From Gemmatimonadales bacterium (GTDB lineage Bacteria; Gemmatimonadota; Gemmatimonadetes; Gemmatimonadales; GWC2-71-9): a DNA stretch of 64,000 nucleotides. The translations under genes and the position numbers were made by a program. The notes under the pieces are model-generated. The model did no database searches and was not told where the DNA came from. It was given only the letters and a program-made list of their open reading frames with translations. Positions within the stretch are counted from its first letter, which is position 1. The number at the start of each line of letters is the position of its first letter. The stretch lies in the NCBI GenBank assembly GCA_965249575.1, contig OZ252244.1, positions 864,001-928,000 on the forward strand. The letters are read 5' to 3'. This document shows, piece after piece, positions 40,316 to 50,883 of this stretch.

Positions 40316-40380
40316 TTAGACTCTCCGTTCGGGACTCTCTCGGGGGGCCAACCCACCGCGCCCGGCGCGTGCGTCAGCTC

Positions 40381-41262
40381 TTAGTGGGTCATCGCATAGA
40401 GGACGATGTTGATTCCCAGTGCGTACGCATCCGACGAAAATCGATGAAAGAACTCGTACTCCTCCCCCTCCCGCTCCCACCCGTCGGCAATATCCGTATT
40501 GTGGGACATCACCACCATAAGGCGGCCACGGCGGTCGGAGATGCCCCGCAGGTGCGGCCGGGCAGACTCGCTCCCCCGCTCCTACGTTCGCGTCCCGCCG
40601 GTGCGGCGCCAGAACTGAATGGACGGGATCTGCGGTACCTCTCGCACGTCGTACTGTACCCGGAAGATCGGGTGTGCCGACGGAAGGTCGACGATAGGAT
40701 AATCGGCCGGCGGCAGAACCTTCCCGATTTCATGAACCCAGTGCGTCCATGCTCGCTGCCCCCAAAAGTCGTCGACGTAGAGACCTCCGCGCAGCAAATA
40801 CGCGCGCAAGCGAGCGACCTCGACGTCCTCGAAGCCAGCCGTGCCCACATCGGACATGAAAATGAACGGGTAGTCGAAGATGGCGTCGTCACTCAGCGTT
40901 ACCACGACGTGATCGGGATGGCCCTCTCCATTCCGGCTGACCTCCGCTTTCGTGAATTCGGCGAACCGATTCATGAAGTTGATGTCCGACATGGGGTAAT
41001 CAGTATTCCAGCCGTGGCCGAGGGGCTCCCGCAAGACACTCTGATAGAGGATTCGACAGAAGACGAACAGCCGGTCTGGCACTCGAGCTGGATCGGGGAA
41101 CCTGGGCGGTGCGCGGTATCCCCACCATCCTCGTCGATCGACCGTCGACTGGCCCCGTGCGGGCACCGCCGCCAGACTCAGGCCGAGCGTGACGAGGAGG
41201 ACGATCGGCGGTACCGACCGTACAGCCCGGATCTGCGAAACCCGATGCTGGCTACACCGCAT
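40381..41262 (-). pseudogene. DUF4159-domain protein with in-frame TAG at 40582-40584
   Basis: WNTDYP.SD.NF, YPFIFMSDVG, YVDDFWG, HPIF; the same frame continues ERGSES...HNTDIADGWERE...GINIVLYAMTH. Confidence 0.8.
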
Positions 41263-41294
41263 CGTGCCTATTTCCTACGCGACCGAAGAGGCGT

Positions 41295-42671
41295 CTAGCC
41301 GGAGGAGACTTCGCGCGGTGCGGCCGGGACCGGGCCCGCGTCCCAGTCCTGCTCGGTCGAGACATTGGGCACCTTCCAGTGCCGTCCGTTCCAGCCATCG
41401 AAGCCCTCTAGCTGGAACGCCCAGAACCCGCTCGTATAGTCGGTCATCACAATCAACCCGTCGGCGTTCCTGATATCGATATCCGCTGCCCCGTTCAGCA
41501 CGCTCGTACCCTGCTGGTTGGTGAAGCCCCCCCAGCCCATCCGGTGCGCACAGGCGCATGTATAGTACCACCCCTCGGTGGTTGGATTTTGGGGATCGAC
41601 CATGTTGAAGATCTGGAGCCCGTCCTCAAAGGCCGCGACGAAGACATACGGCCACCGCACGTCGACGATGTGTGAGGCATCCTGCCAGTCAGCGGTCCAT
41701 GCGCCAACCGGTTGTGCGATGTTCTTCGTCTCACCCCGCAGCCCCGGCGTCATGTCGAAGACCATGACCGGCCAGAACTGCCGCTCGACCGTGCCCACGG
41801 CATATCGGGCATCTGGCGTGGCGATTACGGTGTGGCCCGACGCGACGACTCCGCGTCCTCCGCTCATCGAAAACAGGTACTGGGGCTCCGCGGGCCGCGT
41901 GATATCGAACACGTGAAAACCGGCAGCCCCGGCGCCATAGAGCTTGTCCTGTCGCGTCGCCGGATCGTAGGCGACATACGTATCGTGATACCCACGTACG
42001 ACGTTCTTGAGTGGAGTCTCCGGAACCGGCACGACGCCGACGAGCGCGTCAGAGGCCGGCCCGCTCAGCAGCTTGGCCGCATCGAAAATCTGTGCATATG
42101 GCCCCGCGGTCGGGGTCGTCACCAACAAGGTCCGGCCGTCGGAGTGCCTGTACGGAAACACGTGGACGACTCTGGGACCCTCCTCGGCGATCCGAGCAAC
42201 CTCCCTCACGGTCGACCCGTCGGGCAAGCCAGTCACATCGAAAACGATCAATCCGAGATCGTCGCCCGGCGTCCCGCGCTGGTATTGCACGGTCTTCGCA
42301 TAGTAGTACCGCTCATGCAGCTTGAAGTAGCGCCCGTTCTCGCCGGCCAGGCCGACGCGGTTTTCCCGGCCAGGGAACTTCCACTCGTACACAACCTTCG
42401 GATCGTGTGGCTCCTTGACGCTGATGACCGTAAACCCCGCGTATTCGGCGAATCCGGAGACGTACACGTAGGGCCGTGCCAATTCCTGCTCGATATCGAC
42501 CCCCGCCACGGTGAAGTACCCGCTCAGCGGGAGGTGTGCGACGAGCTCGACGTTGTCGCTCCCGCCCTTTTTTCCAAGAGGTGTTTGGGCCTGCGAGGCG
42601 GAGATCCCAGCCAAACTCGCAACTGCCGCCAAGAGTGCGGCGCGGCCCGACGTGCTCAGGCGATTACACAT
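41295..42671 (-). CDS. Secreted LVIVD-repeat (beta-propeller) protein
   Basis: GGAGG RBS; signal peptide; LIVFDVT, FHVFDITRP and LQIFNMVDP repeats. Confidence 0.78.
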   Translation of the reverse strand: MCNRLSTSGRAALLAAVASLAGISASQAQTPLGKKGGSDNVELVAHLPLSGYFTVAGVDIEQELARPYVYVSGFAEYAGFTVISVKEPHDPKVVYEWKFPGRENRVGLAGENGRYFKLHERYYYAKTVQYQRGTPGDDLGLIVFDVTGLPDGSTVREVARIAEEGPRVVHVFPYRHSDGRTLLVTTPTAGPYAQIFDAAKLLSGPASDALVGVVPVPETPLKNVVRGYHDTYVAYDPATRQDKLYGAGAAGFHVFDITRPAEPQYLFSMSGGRGVVASGHTVIATPDARYAVGTVERQFWPVMVFDMTPGLRGETKNIAQPVGAWTADWQDASHIVDVRWPYVFVAAFEDGLQIFNMVDPQNPTTEGWYYTCACAHRMGWGGFTNQQGTSVLNGAADIDIRNADGLIVMTDYTSGFWAFQLEGFDGWNGRHWKVPNVSTEQDWDAGPVPAAPREVSSG

Positions 42672-43103
42672 TGTTGTCCTCCGGAGGGTCAGGCAGGCGC
42701 CCGACGGCGTTCTATTGACACCCGGCAACATGGGTGCCGTGAAGATCGCGGAGCAACTCGGATTCTAGTCTGAGAGCACGCCCCGGGTCGCTGAACGGAC
42801 CACGCGGCGGCCGGCCGAGACGCACAGGCGAGGCCGAGTGAGTCGGATCGTGTCAGGGTCGCTAGCTGCGATGCCCCATGTGCACATCCGGTGATGATAG
42901 GAAGCTCAATCTACCCGCGGTGGTCGGGCCGTCAACGCGGCGAGTCGACGCTCCGATCGGGGCGGCGCCTGGAGGGCGCGAGCGCGGGAGACAAGACCGC
43001 CCTAAAGCCCGAACTGCACCCGCTTCGAATTTGGTGACCTCAACGCCGTCGCCCTCGAGTGATTGACGGTGAACGTCAACGGCGGCGCTTCCGCGGCCAG
43101 CCG

Positions 43104-44090
43104 CTAATCCGTGGGGCAGCTTCCCACGCAGTCGCCGACCTGCGCCGGACCTCCCGACAGCTCTCCTACGGCGTAGCCATCGCCCGCTTCGATGATCGTG
43201 AGCGAGCCAACTGGCCTGGTCACCCGCCGCAGCACTTTGCCTGTGCTGGGGTCCGTGATCTCCCGACCCGGCCGAACCACGTCGTACGTTGCGCCGGCGC
43301 GAACCCCTTCACCCGACCCTACGTTGATGGTCACCTCGTTCCCCACGACGTCCGCCACCAATCCCTCGATGGAGATCACCTTCTGGACGATCCGAGCATC
43401 GGCAGCGACGACTTCTTCCAACAACCCCTCCGTCGCCTCGCGCGTAGCCTCACCGATAATGGTGCTCCCGAAATTCGAGCTCGACATGTCGATCGCCCCA
43501 GCGGCGCCGATGCCACCGATCCCCGCGCCGAACAGCTTTGTACCGCTGCGGCTGGACTCCCCTTTCCCGGTGGCCACGGCGAGGATCTCGGCGGTTTGCA
43601 CGTCAATGATGCGTGCGTCGATGCCGACGACGGCCTTCGACTTCTTCCTGCCGAAACCACCGATTCGGACCGGACCGACCCCAACACGGCCGGCCGCACC
43701 GACCGACTGATCATCCCGGCCGAATTGGGTAATCGACCCGATGATGACCGCGTCGACGCCTAGGATCTTCCCCAGCTCCGCCGCGGTGCTCGCGTCGGCT
43801 CGTCCACTTGCCTGGAAGTTCTGCTCTCTCAAGACCTGATCCAAAGCCTGCCGCTCGATCACCGAGTAGGTGCCGTTCCGCACCAAGTCGGTCACCAGCA
43901 TTGTGGTGATGCCCTTACCGATGTCGACATCGCTCCCGAAGATCTGGTGGACGTACTGACGGACCGTCTGGTACTCGAAGTCGAGCACGGCAATCCGCTT
44001 CCGCTGTGCATCCTGGGCGCCCGCGACGGTCGCGGCTCCCACCGACCACGCGGCGAATGTGAGAAGCACACGCGTCATACTGGCTTTCAT
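43104..44090 (-). CDS. CsgG/HfaB-family protein with FlgT-like C-terminal domain
   Basis: KRIAVLDF, YSVIERQALDQVLREQ, GVDAVIIGSITQFG, DARIIDVQTAEI; C-terminal INVGSGEGV...DPSTGKVL. Confidence 0.85.
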   Translation of the reverse strand: MKASMTRVLLTFAAWSVGAATVAGAQDAQRKRIAVLDFEYQTVRQYVHQIFGSDVDIGKGITTMLVTDLVRNGTYSVIERQALDQVLREQNFQASGRADASTAAELGKILGVDAVIIGSITQFGRDDQSVGAAGRVGVGPVRIGGFGRKKSKAVVGIDARIIDVQTAEILAVATGKGESSRSGTKLFGAGIGGIGAAGAIDMSSSNFGSTIIGEATREATEGLLEEVVAADARIVQKVISIEGLVADVVGNEVTINVGSGEGVRAGATYDVVRPGREITDPSTGKVLRRVTRPVGSLTIIEAGDGYAVGELSGGPAQVGDCVGSCPTD

Positions 44091-44400
44091 GACGGAACCT
44101 CCAAGGGACGGACGTCTGGCGACAAATGGGCATGCGGACGAACGGTAATGAGCCCCCGGACCCATCCGCCGGCCACCACACCCCAGAGGTATCCGTGCCC
44201 CCCTTGCTTCGGAACTGCACAATCCCAGCTCTCGAATGGCGCTTCCTTCATACTCGATTGGAGCGCCGTTTGAGGATCTGACTGGGCTCTCGCGCCGCCC
44301 GCGGGCGGGACCCTTCACACCCCTCTCACCGTTGGATAGAATCAGGCAGCCCGGGGCGCGTAGCCAGTGGCCCTCGGCGGCTCTGCAGCGGAGGTGCAGA

Positions 44401-45711
44401 ATGGCAAGTGACAAACCAGATATCATCATCATCGGCGCGGGCATCATCGGAGCCGCGATCGCTTTTGAGGCGTCGAAGAAGGGACACAAGACGCTGAGCG
44501 TCGATAAGTTGGCGGCCGCCGGATACGGATCGACGAGCAACACGTGCGCGATCATTCGGACGCACTACTCCACCTGGGAGGGAACGGCGATAGCCTGGGA
44601 GAGCTTCTTCCACTGGAAGAACTGGCGGGAGTACCTCGAGTTCGAGGACGAGCGAGGTCTCGCGAAGCTGTACGACGGTGGGTTGCTCATCATCCGCACC
44701 AAGGGTCAAGACCTGAGCCGGCACCTCAAGATCCACGACGACCTGAGTATCCCCTACGAGATATGGGACCTCGAGACGCTCAAGAAGAAAGCACCCCTGC
44801 TCGACGACCACTCGTATTGGCCGCCGCGGCGCCCCGACGATCCGGAGTTCGACCAGCGGTCCGAAGACAAGATCCTGGGCGGGGTGTTCATCCAGGCGGG
44901 AGGCTACATCTCGGATGCCCAACTCTCCGTCCACAACCTCCAGCGGGCCGCCGAGACAAAGGGGGCCCAGTTCCGGTTCAACGAGGAGGTGACCGAGATC
45001 CGCCGGGCCGACGGACGGGTCACGGGAATCACGCTCAAGGGTGGGGAGCAGATCGACTCTCCCGTGGTCGTCAACGCCTCGGGACCGCATTCGTTCGTCA
45101 TCAACCGGATGGCGGGCGTCGAGGAGGGCATGCGGGTCAAGACCAAGGCGCTCCGCCACGAGGTGCACTACGTCCCCGCGCCAAGTGACTTCAACGCGAA
45201 GCGTGACGGCTATGTCACCTCTGACGACGACATCGGCGGGTACAGTCGCCCGGAAGCCGGCAACCTGTTTCTAGTCGGCAGCCAGGACCCGGAGTGCGAT
45301 CCACAGGAATGGGTCGAGGATCCGGACGATTTCAATCGCCAGGTGACGACGGAGCAGTTCAAGAGTCAGGTCTACCGGCTGGCGAAGCGGGTCCCGAGCC
45401 TCCCGATCCCCAACCAACCCAAGGGCGTCGTCGACCTCTACGACGTATCGGACGACTGGATCCCCATCTATGACAAGTCCGACCTGGGCGGCTTCTACAT
45501 GGCGGTCGGGACCAGCGGCAACCAGTACAAGAACGCCCCGGTCGTGGGGCTCCTGATGACCGAACTGATCGACGCGTGCGAACGCGGGCAGGATCACGAC
45601 AACGATCCCGTGAAGGTCAAGACGCGGTACACCGGAGTGTCGCTGAACGCAGGCTTCTACTCCCGACTGCGGGAGGTCAACAAAGACAGCAGCTTCTCCG
45701 TTCTGGGTTAG
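44401..45711 (+). CDS. FAD-dependent oxidoreductase (DAO/sarcosine oxidase beta-like)
   Basis: GGAGG RBS; IIIGAGIIG; YDVSDDWIPIYD; GTSGNQYKNAP. Confidence 0.9.
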   Translation: MASDKPDIIIIGAGIIGAAIAFEASKKGHKTLSVDKLAAAGYGSTSNTCAIIRTHYSTWEGTAIAWESFFHWKNWREYLEFEDERGLAKLYDGGLLIIRTKGQDLSRHLKIHDDLSIPYEIWDLETLKKKAPLLDDHSYWPPRRPDDPEFDQRSEDKILGGVFIQAGGYISDAQLSVHNLQRAAETKGAQFRFNEEVTEIRRADGRVTGITLKGGEQIDSPVVVNASGPHSFVINRMAGVEEGMRVKTKALRHEVHYVPAPSDFNAKRDGYVTSDDDIGGYSRPEAGNLFLVGSQDPECDPQEWVEDPDDFNRQVTTEQFKSQVYRLAKRVPSLPIPNQPKGVVDLYDVSDDWIPIYDKSDLGGFYMAVGTSGNQYKNAPVVGLLMTELIDACERGQDHDNDPVKVKTRYTGVSLNAGFYSRLREVNKDSSFSVLG

Positions 45712-45714
45712 GAC

Positions 45715-46935
45715 GTGCTCGGGCGGTATACGCGCTTCTGGGGCAAGCCCAACCTGGCATCGAGCTACGACGCCGTCATCATAGGCGGTGGCCTACACGG
45801 CTTGGCCACCGCCTATTTCTTGGCTCGCTCGCACGGCATGAGCAACATCGCGGTGATCGAAAAACGCTTCATCGGGTTCGGCGGCGCGGGCCGGAACACC
45901 GCGATTGTCCGGGCAAACCAGAGGACGAAAGAAAACATCCCCCTATATGCCGAGGGGCTGAAACTCTGGGCACAGCTCACCGCCGAGCTCGACTTCAACC
46001 TGATGTTCGACAACTGCGGCAACCTCAACCTGCTGCATAGTGAACAGGCCATCGGCTCGGCAAGACTACAGGTCGCGTCCGCGCAGTTTCACGGTGTCGA
46101 GAGCGAGATCATCGATCGGAAGCAGTGCAAAGAGCTCTTGCCCGCACTGAACCTATCACAGGACATCACGTTTCCGATCTTCGGCGCCATGTACCATCCG
46201 CCGGGCGGGGTGGTACGGCACGACGCAGTCGTCTGGGGCCTGGCGCGGGGCGCCGCCAGGGCGGGGGTACACATTCACCAACAGACGGAGGTGACCGGCA
46301 TCAACATCGAGCACGGTAGGATCGTCTCCGTGGACACCACCGCGGGCCGCGTCCAAACGCCGCGAGTGCTGAACGCGGCCGGCGGGTATTCCGCAGAGAT
46401 TTCCTCCCGGATGCTCGGTGTTCGACTTCCGATCGAGGTGCTCACAATCCAAGCGATGGTAAGCCAGCCCCTGAAACCGATCCTCAACCACGTCATATCC
46501 TCAGGGGCCTATCACGTGTACGCCAATCAGACCTTGAAAGGCGAGGTAGCCACCGGCGCACACATGGATCCGTGGCCCAACTTCACGAACCAGACGACCG
46601 CGCACTACATCAAGCACCAGGCGACTGCCCTCGCGGACCTTGTCCCCTGTCTCCGCGGCGTCAAGTTCATGCGCCACTGGGCCGGCTTGGCCGACATGAC
46701 ACCCGACATGGCTCCGATCGTGGACGGAAACGACCCGATACACGGGTATTACGTGGACTGCGGCTGGGGGTACTTCGGGTTCAAGTCATCGACCGTGACC
46801 GGGAAGTACGTCGCCGAGTTCATGGCGGCTGAGCGCTGTCCCGAGATCTTGAAACCCTTCGCGCTGCGACGCTTCGAGGAGCACCGGCTGATGGGAGAGA
46901 GCGCCGCGCCAGTGAGCTACGGGCCCTGGAATTGA
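45715..46935 (+). CDS. soxB: Heterotetrameric sarcosine-oxidase-family beta subunit
   Basis: VIIGGGLHGLATAY, GRNTAIVRAN, RHDAVVWG, DMTPDMAP, GWGYFGFK. Confidence 0.85.
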   Translation: MLGRYTRFWGKPNLASSYDAVIIGGGLHGLATAYFLARSHGMSNIAVIEKRFIGFGGAGRNTAIVRANQRTKENIPLYAEGLKLWAQLTAELDFNLMFDNCGNLNLLHSEQAIGSARLQVASAQFHGVESEIIDRKQCKELLPALNLSQDITFPIFGAMYHPPGGVVRHDAVVWGLARGAARAGVHIHQQTEVTGINIEHGRIVSVDTTAGRVQTPRVLNAAGGYSAEISSRMLGVRLPIEVLTIQAMVSQPLKPILNHVISSGAYHVYANQTLKGEVATGAHMDPWPNFTNQTTAHYIKHQATALADLVPCLRGVKFMRHWAGLADMTPDMAPIVDGNDPIHGYYVDCGWGYFGFKSSTVTGKYVAEFMAAERCPEILKPFALRRFEEHRLMGESAAPVSYGPWN

Positions 46936-46945
46936 CGGGAGATCC

Positions 46946-47200
46946 ATGGCGCTGACCATTACCTGCCCGGTCTGTGGCAAGCGGAACGGATACGAGTTTC
47001 GGTTCGGGGGGGAAGAACGCGGCCCCCGGCCAAACGAGGAAGGATTGAGCGCAAAAGACTGGTACGACTGCACTCACGCGCGCGGCAACGTGGCCGGCGT
47101 GCAGAAAGAATGGTGGTTCCATCGGGACGGGTGCGGCGTGTGGTTCACCATCCATCGCAATACGGTCACGAATCTCGAGGTCGAGGTACGCTCGTTGTGA
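46946..47200 (+). CDS. soxD: Sarcosine-oxidase-family delta subunit
   Basis: CPVCGKR..EF.FGGE; EWWFH..GC..WF...RNT. Confidence 0.9.
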   Translation: MALTITCPVCGKRNGYEFRFGGEERGPRPNEEGLSAKDWYDCTHARGNVAGVQKEWWFHRDGCGVWFTIHRNTVTNLEVEVRSL

Positions 47201-50118
47201 GCGGCCGGCTGGCGCATCTTCCGACACTACGCATCGATCCCGACAAACCGATCGCGTTCACCTACCGTAACAGGGAATACCAGGGGTACTCGGGGGACAG
47301 CGTAGCCACGGCCTTATATGCGAGTGGCGTGCGCGTTTTCTCGCGGAGCCTCAAGTATCACAGGCCGCGCGGCCTCTACAGCTTGGATGGGGAATCCGAG
47401 ACCTGCACGATGGCGGTCGATGGCATCCCGAACGTCCAGGCCGAGAAAAAGCTCCTGAAGTCCCACTTGCGGGTCGCGGCGCAGAACGTCATCGGCAGCG
47501 CCGATTGGGACCTCCTGGGATTTCTCGACGGGTTCGACTGGGCGATGCCGGCCGGGTTTTACTACAAGATCATGCACAAGCCGGCGTGGATCTGGCCGTT
47601 GGCCTCACGATTCCTGCGCCGGATGGCTGGCGTCGGGCATCTGAGTCCGTCCTTTCAGATGCAGGGCCGATTTGACGAGATCTACCCGACGGTCGATGTC
47701 TGCGTGGTGGGGGGCGGCCCGGCTGGGATGTCGGCAGCGCTGGCGGCGGCCGAGCAGGGACTCCGCGTCATGCTCCTGGAGGCACGCCCCTGGCTGGGAG
47801 GGATCTACGACCATCGGGTGATGAGCGCCGGCACCGGGACCGCGCTCTACGAGCGGGCGCGAGACCTCTCGACGCGTGTCGACGAAGCGCCCAACCTACG
47901 GGTATTGCGCCATGCTTCCTTGATGGGGGTCTACAACAACAATCTCATCACCGCATTCCAAGTCGGTACCGCCTCCGATGTCTTCGACGAGCGGTACATC
48001 GAGATTCGTGCGTCAACGATGGTCGTGGCAACGGGCTGCATCGAAAGACCTCTCCTGTTCGAGAACAACGAACGCCCCGGGGTCATGCAGGTCGGCTGCG
48101 CGCATCGGTTGGCAAGGACATATGGAATCCTGCCGGGATCCCGCGCCGTGTTCAGCGTCGGGCACGACCTGGGGCTCGAGGCAGCGCTGGATCTAGCCAA
48201 CCTTAGGCTGCCGGTGGCGGCGGTCGCCGACACCCGCGCCAACGGTCAGGACCCCGCGCTCGTCGACGCCTTGAGCAAAAAGGGCATCCCGTTCCATATG
48301 GGCTGGGTAGCCGCCGCCGCCCACGGTCGGAAAGCCGTGCGGGGAGTGACGCTCGCCGAGATCAACGGAACGGCCCGGCAGGACCTCGCCTGCGATCTGC
48401 TCGTCGCCTCGGCCGGGATGAGCCCGGTCACGGGCCCGCTGACGATGGCCGGGGCCAAGCTCGCCTTCGATGCTCGCACGGGGTATTTCCTGGCGGCAAG
48501 GGTGCCCGAAAGGGTTCACGCCGCCGGCAGGCTGCTGGGCCTCGAAGACCCCGAGAGCATCGAGACGTCGGGCCGACTTGCCGGTCTCCGCGCGGCCGCC
48601 GATTGCGGCGCGCCCGTCCGGAGCCACATCGATGAAACCCAACGCGTGCTCGAGGCCTGTCCAGGCCCGGTCGAGGGCTCGACCCTCATCCGGGGGCCGG
48701 GCACTGGGCGCAAGGCCTTCCTCGACTTCGACGAAGACACGCCGCTCAAGAACGTGAAGCAGGCCTACGACATGGGGTTTGACGTCCCCGAGCTTTCGAA
48801 GCGCTTCGCCAACGTCGGCACGGGACCAAGCCAGGGCGGGATCCCCGGCCACAATTTCCCGTTGGTGCTGTCCGAGCATCGTGCGGAGGCACCGGGCAGC
48901 CTCAACCCGACCACCGTGCGGGCGCCCATGGTACCGGCCTACGTCGCGACGTTCGCCGGGGCCCATCACGACGTACATAAGTGCACGCCGTTACACGATT
49001 CCCAGCTCCGGGCTGGCGGTATCATGCGGCGCGTGGGTGTTTGGAAGCGTGCCCGCTATTTCTCTGAAGACACGTCGTGCAAGGCAGAGATCGAGAATGT
49101 TCGCAGCAATGTCGGCATTATCGACGTCAGCACGTTGGGAAAGTTCCGGATTTTCGGTCCGGATGCCGAAAAGGCCCTGCAGCGGGTCTACATCGGGAAC
49201 ATGGCAAAGGTCCCACATGGGAAGCTCAAGTACGCCGCGATGTGTAACGACGACGGGTGCATCGTGGACGACGGTGTCATCACGAAACAACGGGAGAACG
49301 ACTATTACCTGACGACCTCCTCCGCCCGCGCCGGCGCAACGATCGAATGGATCCGATACCACACGCGGTACGACGGGTGGGACTACCACATCGTGAATCT
49401 CACCGACGCGCTGAGCGCCATCAACATTGCGGGCCCCAACTCTCGCAGGGTGCTGGAGAAAGTCACCGCGGCCGATGTCTCGAACGAGGCATTCCCATTC
49501 ATGGGTTACCGAGAAATCACCGTGGGGCGCGGCATTCCGGCGCGCGTGTGCCGAATCGGGTTCGTGGGAGAGCTGTCCTACGAGCTGCACGTGCCCGCGT
49601 CCTACGCACAGGCCGTCTGGAATCTCCTCATCGAAGCGGGACGGGATCTCGGCATTCGGCCATTTGGCATGGAAGCGCAGAGCTGCATGCGGCTCGAGAA
49701 GGGACACCTCATCGTGAACCTCGAGTCCGAGATCCGGACGACGCTACTCGACCTCGGCATGGGGTTCCTCTGGTATCGAAGGAAGCCGGAAGCCAGGACC
49801 GTTGGAGCCGTTGCGCTCACACAAACTCAGAACCAGCCGGACCGGTATAAGCTGGTCGGCCTCGAGCCGAAGAATCCCCGACAGACGCCGGGTGATGGGT
49901 CCGTCATAGTGGATTCGACGATACGGGGCCATGTATGCACGGCCAGGTACAGCTTTAGTCTCGAAAAATCGATCGGCTTGGCGCTGGTCGAGGAGCCGCT
50001 CGCAAGAGTGGGAACGCGACTGGAGATCTTTCAAGACGACTGGGGGAAGGAGCGGCTAGCGGCGACGGTCGTGAAGCCACCCTTCTACGACCCCGCCGGG
50101 GAAAGGCTACGGATGTGA
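47197..50118 (+). CDS. soxA: Sarcosine-oxidase-family alpha subunit
   Basis: RSLKYHRPRG, VVGGGPAG, ENNERPGVM, IDVSTLGK, GFVGELSYE, RLEKG, PFYDPAGER (GcvT-like C-terminus). Confidence 0.9.
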   Translation: MSGRLAHLPTLRIDPDKPIAFTYRNREYQGYSGDSVATALYASGVRVFSRSLKYHRPRGLYSLDGESETCTMAVDGIPNVQAEKKLLKSHLRVAAQNVIGSADWDLLGFLDGFDWAMPAGFYYKIMHKPAWIWPLASRFLRRMAGVGHLSPSFQMQGRFDEIYPTVDVCVVGGGPAGMSAALAAAEQGLRVMLLEARPWLGGIYDHRVMSAGTGTALYERARDLSTRVDEAPNLRVLRHASLMGVYNNNLITAFQVGTASDVFDERYIEIRASTMVVATGCIERPLLFENNERPGVMQVGCAHRLARTYGILPGSRAVFSVGHDLGLEAALDLANLRLPVAAVADTRANGQDPALVDALSKKGIPFHMGWVAAAAHGRKAVRGVTLAEINGTARQDLACDLLVASAGMSPVTGPLTMAGAKLAFDARTGYFLAARVPERVHAAGRLLGLEDPESIETSGRLAGLRAAADCGAPVRSHIDETQRVLEACPGPVEGSTLIRGPGTGRKAFLDFDEDTPLKNVKQAYDMGFDVPELSKRFANVGTGPSQGGIPGHNFPLVLSEHRAEAPGSLNPTTVRAPMVPAYVATFAGAHHDVHKCTPLHDSQLRAGGIMRRVGVWKRARYFSEDTSCKAEIENVRSNVGIIDVSTLGKFRIFGPDAEKALQRVYIGNMAKVPHGKLKYAAMCNDDGCIVDDGVITKQRENDYYLTTSSARAGATIEWIRYHTRYDGWDYHIVNLTDALSAINIAGPNSRRVLEKVTAADVSNEAFPFMGYREITVGRGIPARVCRIGFVGELSYELHVPASYAQAVWNLLIEAGRDLGIRPFGMEAQSCMRLEKGHLIVNLESEIRTTLLDLGMGFLWYRRKPEARTVGAVALTQTQNQPDRYKLVGLEPKNPRQTPGDGSVIVDSTIRGHVCTARYSFSLEKSIGLALVEEPLARVGTRLEIFQDDWGKERLAATVVKPPFYDPAGERLRM

Positions 50119-50777
50119 CTGCGGCGGTGCCGCTACGACGCTCGCCGGTCGACTTTGGCGCGGGGCCCGCGAGGACCGAGACCCGCGGCGACTGGGTGGT
50201 CGCGCTCGAGTATCACGATGAGCGTGACGGATGCCAGTTGATCGACTTGAGCCACCGGGATCGATGGGACGTTCAGGACGGGACCGTTTCGCGACTCACT
50301 CCCTGGGGTATCGGAGTACCGGAGCGCTACGGCAAGTGCGTGTTCGGAGCTCGCAACGGTGTGCTGATCAATCGAACGAATCGAACGCAGGCATCGGTCT
50401 GGCACCTACGGGGCACCGAGTTGAGTCCGCCGCCAGATGAAGCGGCCTTCACGAACGTCACGGATGCGACGCTGTTCCTCGCGATCCTCGGACGGGAAGT
50501 CTTTTCGATCGCGGAGAAGCTCACCGCGCTCGACCTTCAAATCCCTGGACGAGCAACGCCGTGCCTGCTGCAGGGCCCGGTGCTCCACGTACCATCGCAG
50601 ATCGTGCTGTTGGCTCGGGCCGGAGACCGGTGGGGACTCCTCTTTACCTGCTCCCGGGGCTACGGAAGAACCGTGGTGGAGGGAATCATCGAAGCTGGAC
50701 GAGAATTCGACCTGCGCCCCGCGGGAGAGCGTGCGTTCACCGGGTGGCTCGAGCGTTGTGCGTTGACCGAAACCTGA
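50115..50777 (+). CDS. soxG: Sarcosine-oxidase-family gamma subunit
   Basis: Translationally coupled to the alpha subunit; LIDLSH..RWDVQ, CSRGYG. Confidence 0.7.
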   Translation: MTAAVPLRRSPVDFGAGPARTETRGDWVVALEYHDERDGCQLIDLSHRDRWDVQDGTVSRLTPWGIGVPERYGKCVFGARNGVLINRTNRTQASVWHLRGTELSPPPDEAAFTNVTDATLFLAILGREVFSIAEKLTALDLQIPGRATPCLLQGPVLHVPSQIVLLARAGDRWGLLFTCSRGYGRTVVEGIIEAGREFDLRPAGERAFTGWLERCALTET

Positions 50778-50883
50778 TGACCCAGGGGCGTCCAACCCAG
50801 GGGAACAGGCGGTAAGTCACACGGCTCCGACCATCTCAGAAACGAATGTGGCCGGGGCCGTTCACATCGGACTTCTCGCCCAG

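Noticed and set aside
42693..43100. Possible gene fragments or ncRNA in the LVIVD-CsgG gap (e.g. GVLLTPGNMGAVKIAEQLGF*)
   Set aside because: Protein-like, but I could not assign a family or a convincing structure.
45709..45717. Readthrough fusion of the DAO-family gene with soxB (same frame across TAG)
   Set aside because: Each part has its own N-terminal FAD-binding motif and full length; a shared frame arises by chance one time in three.
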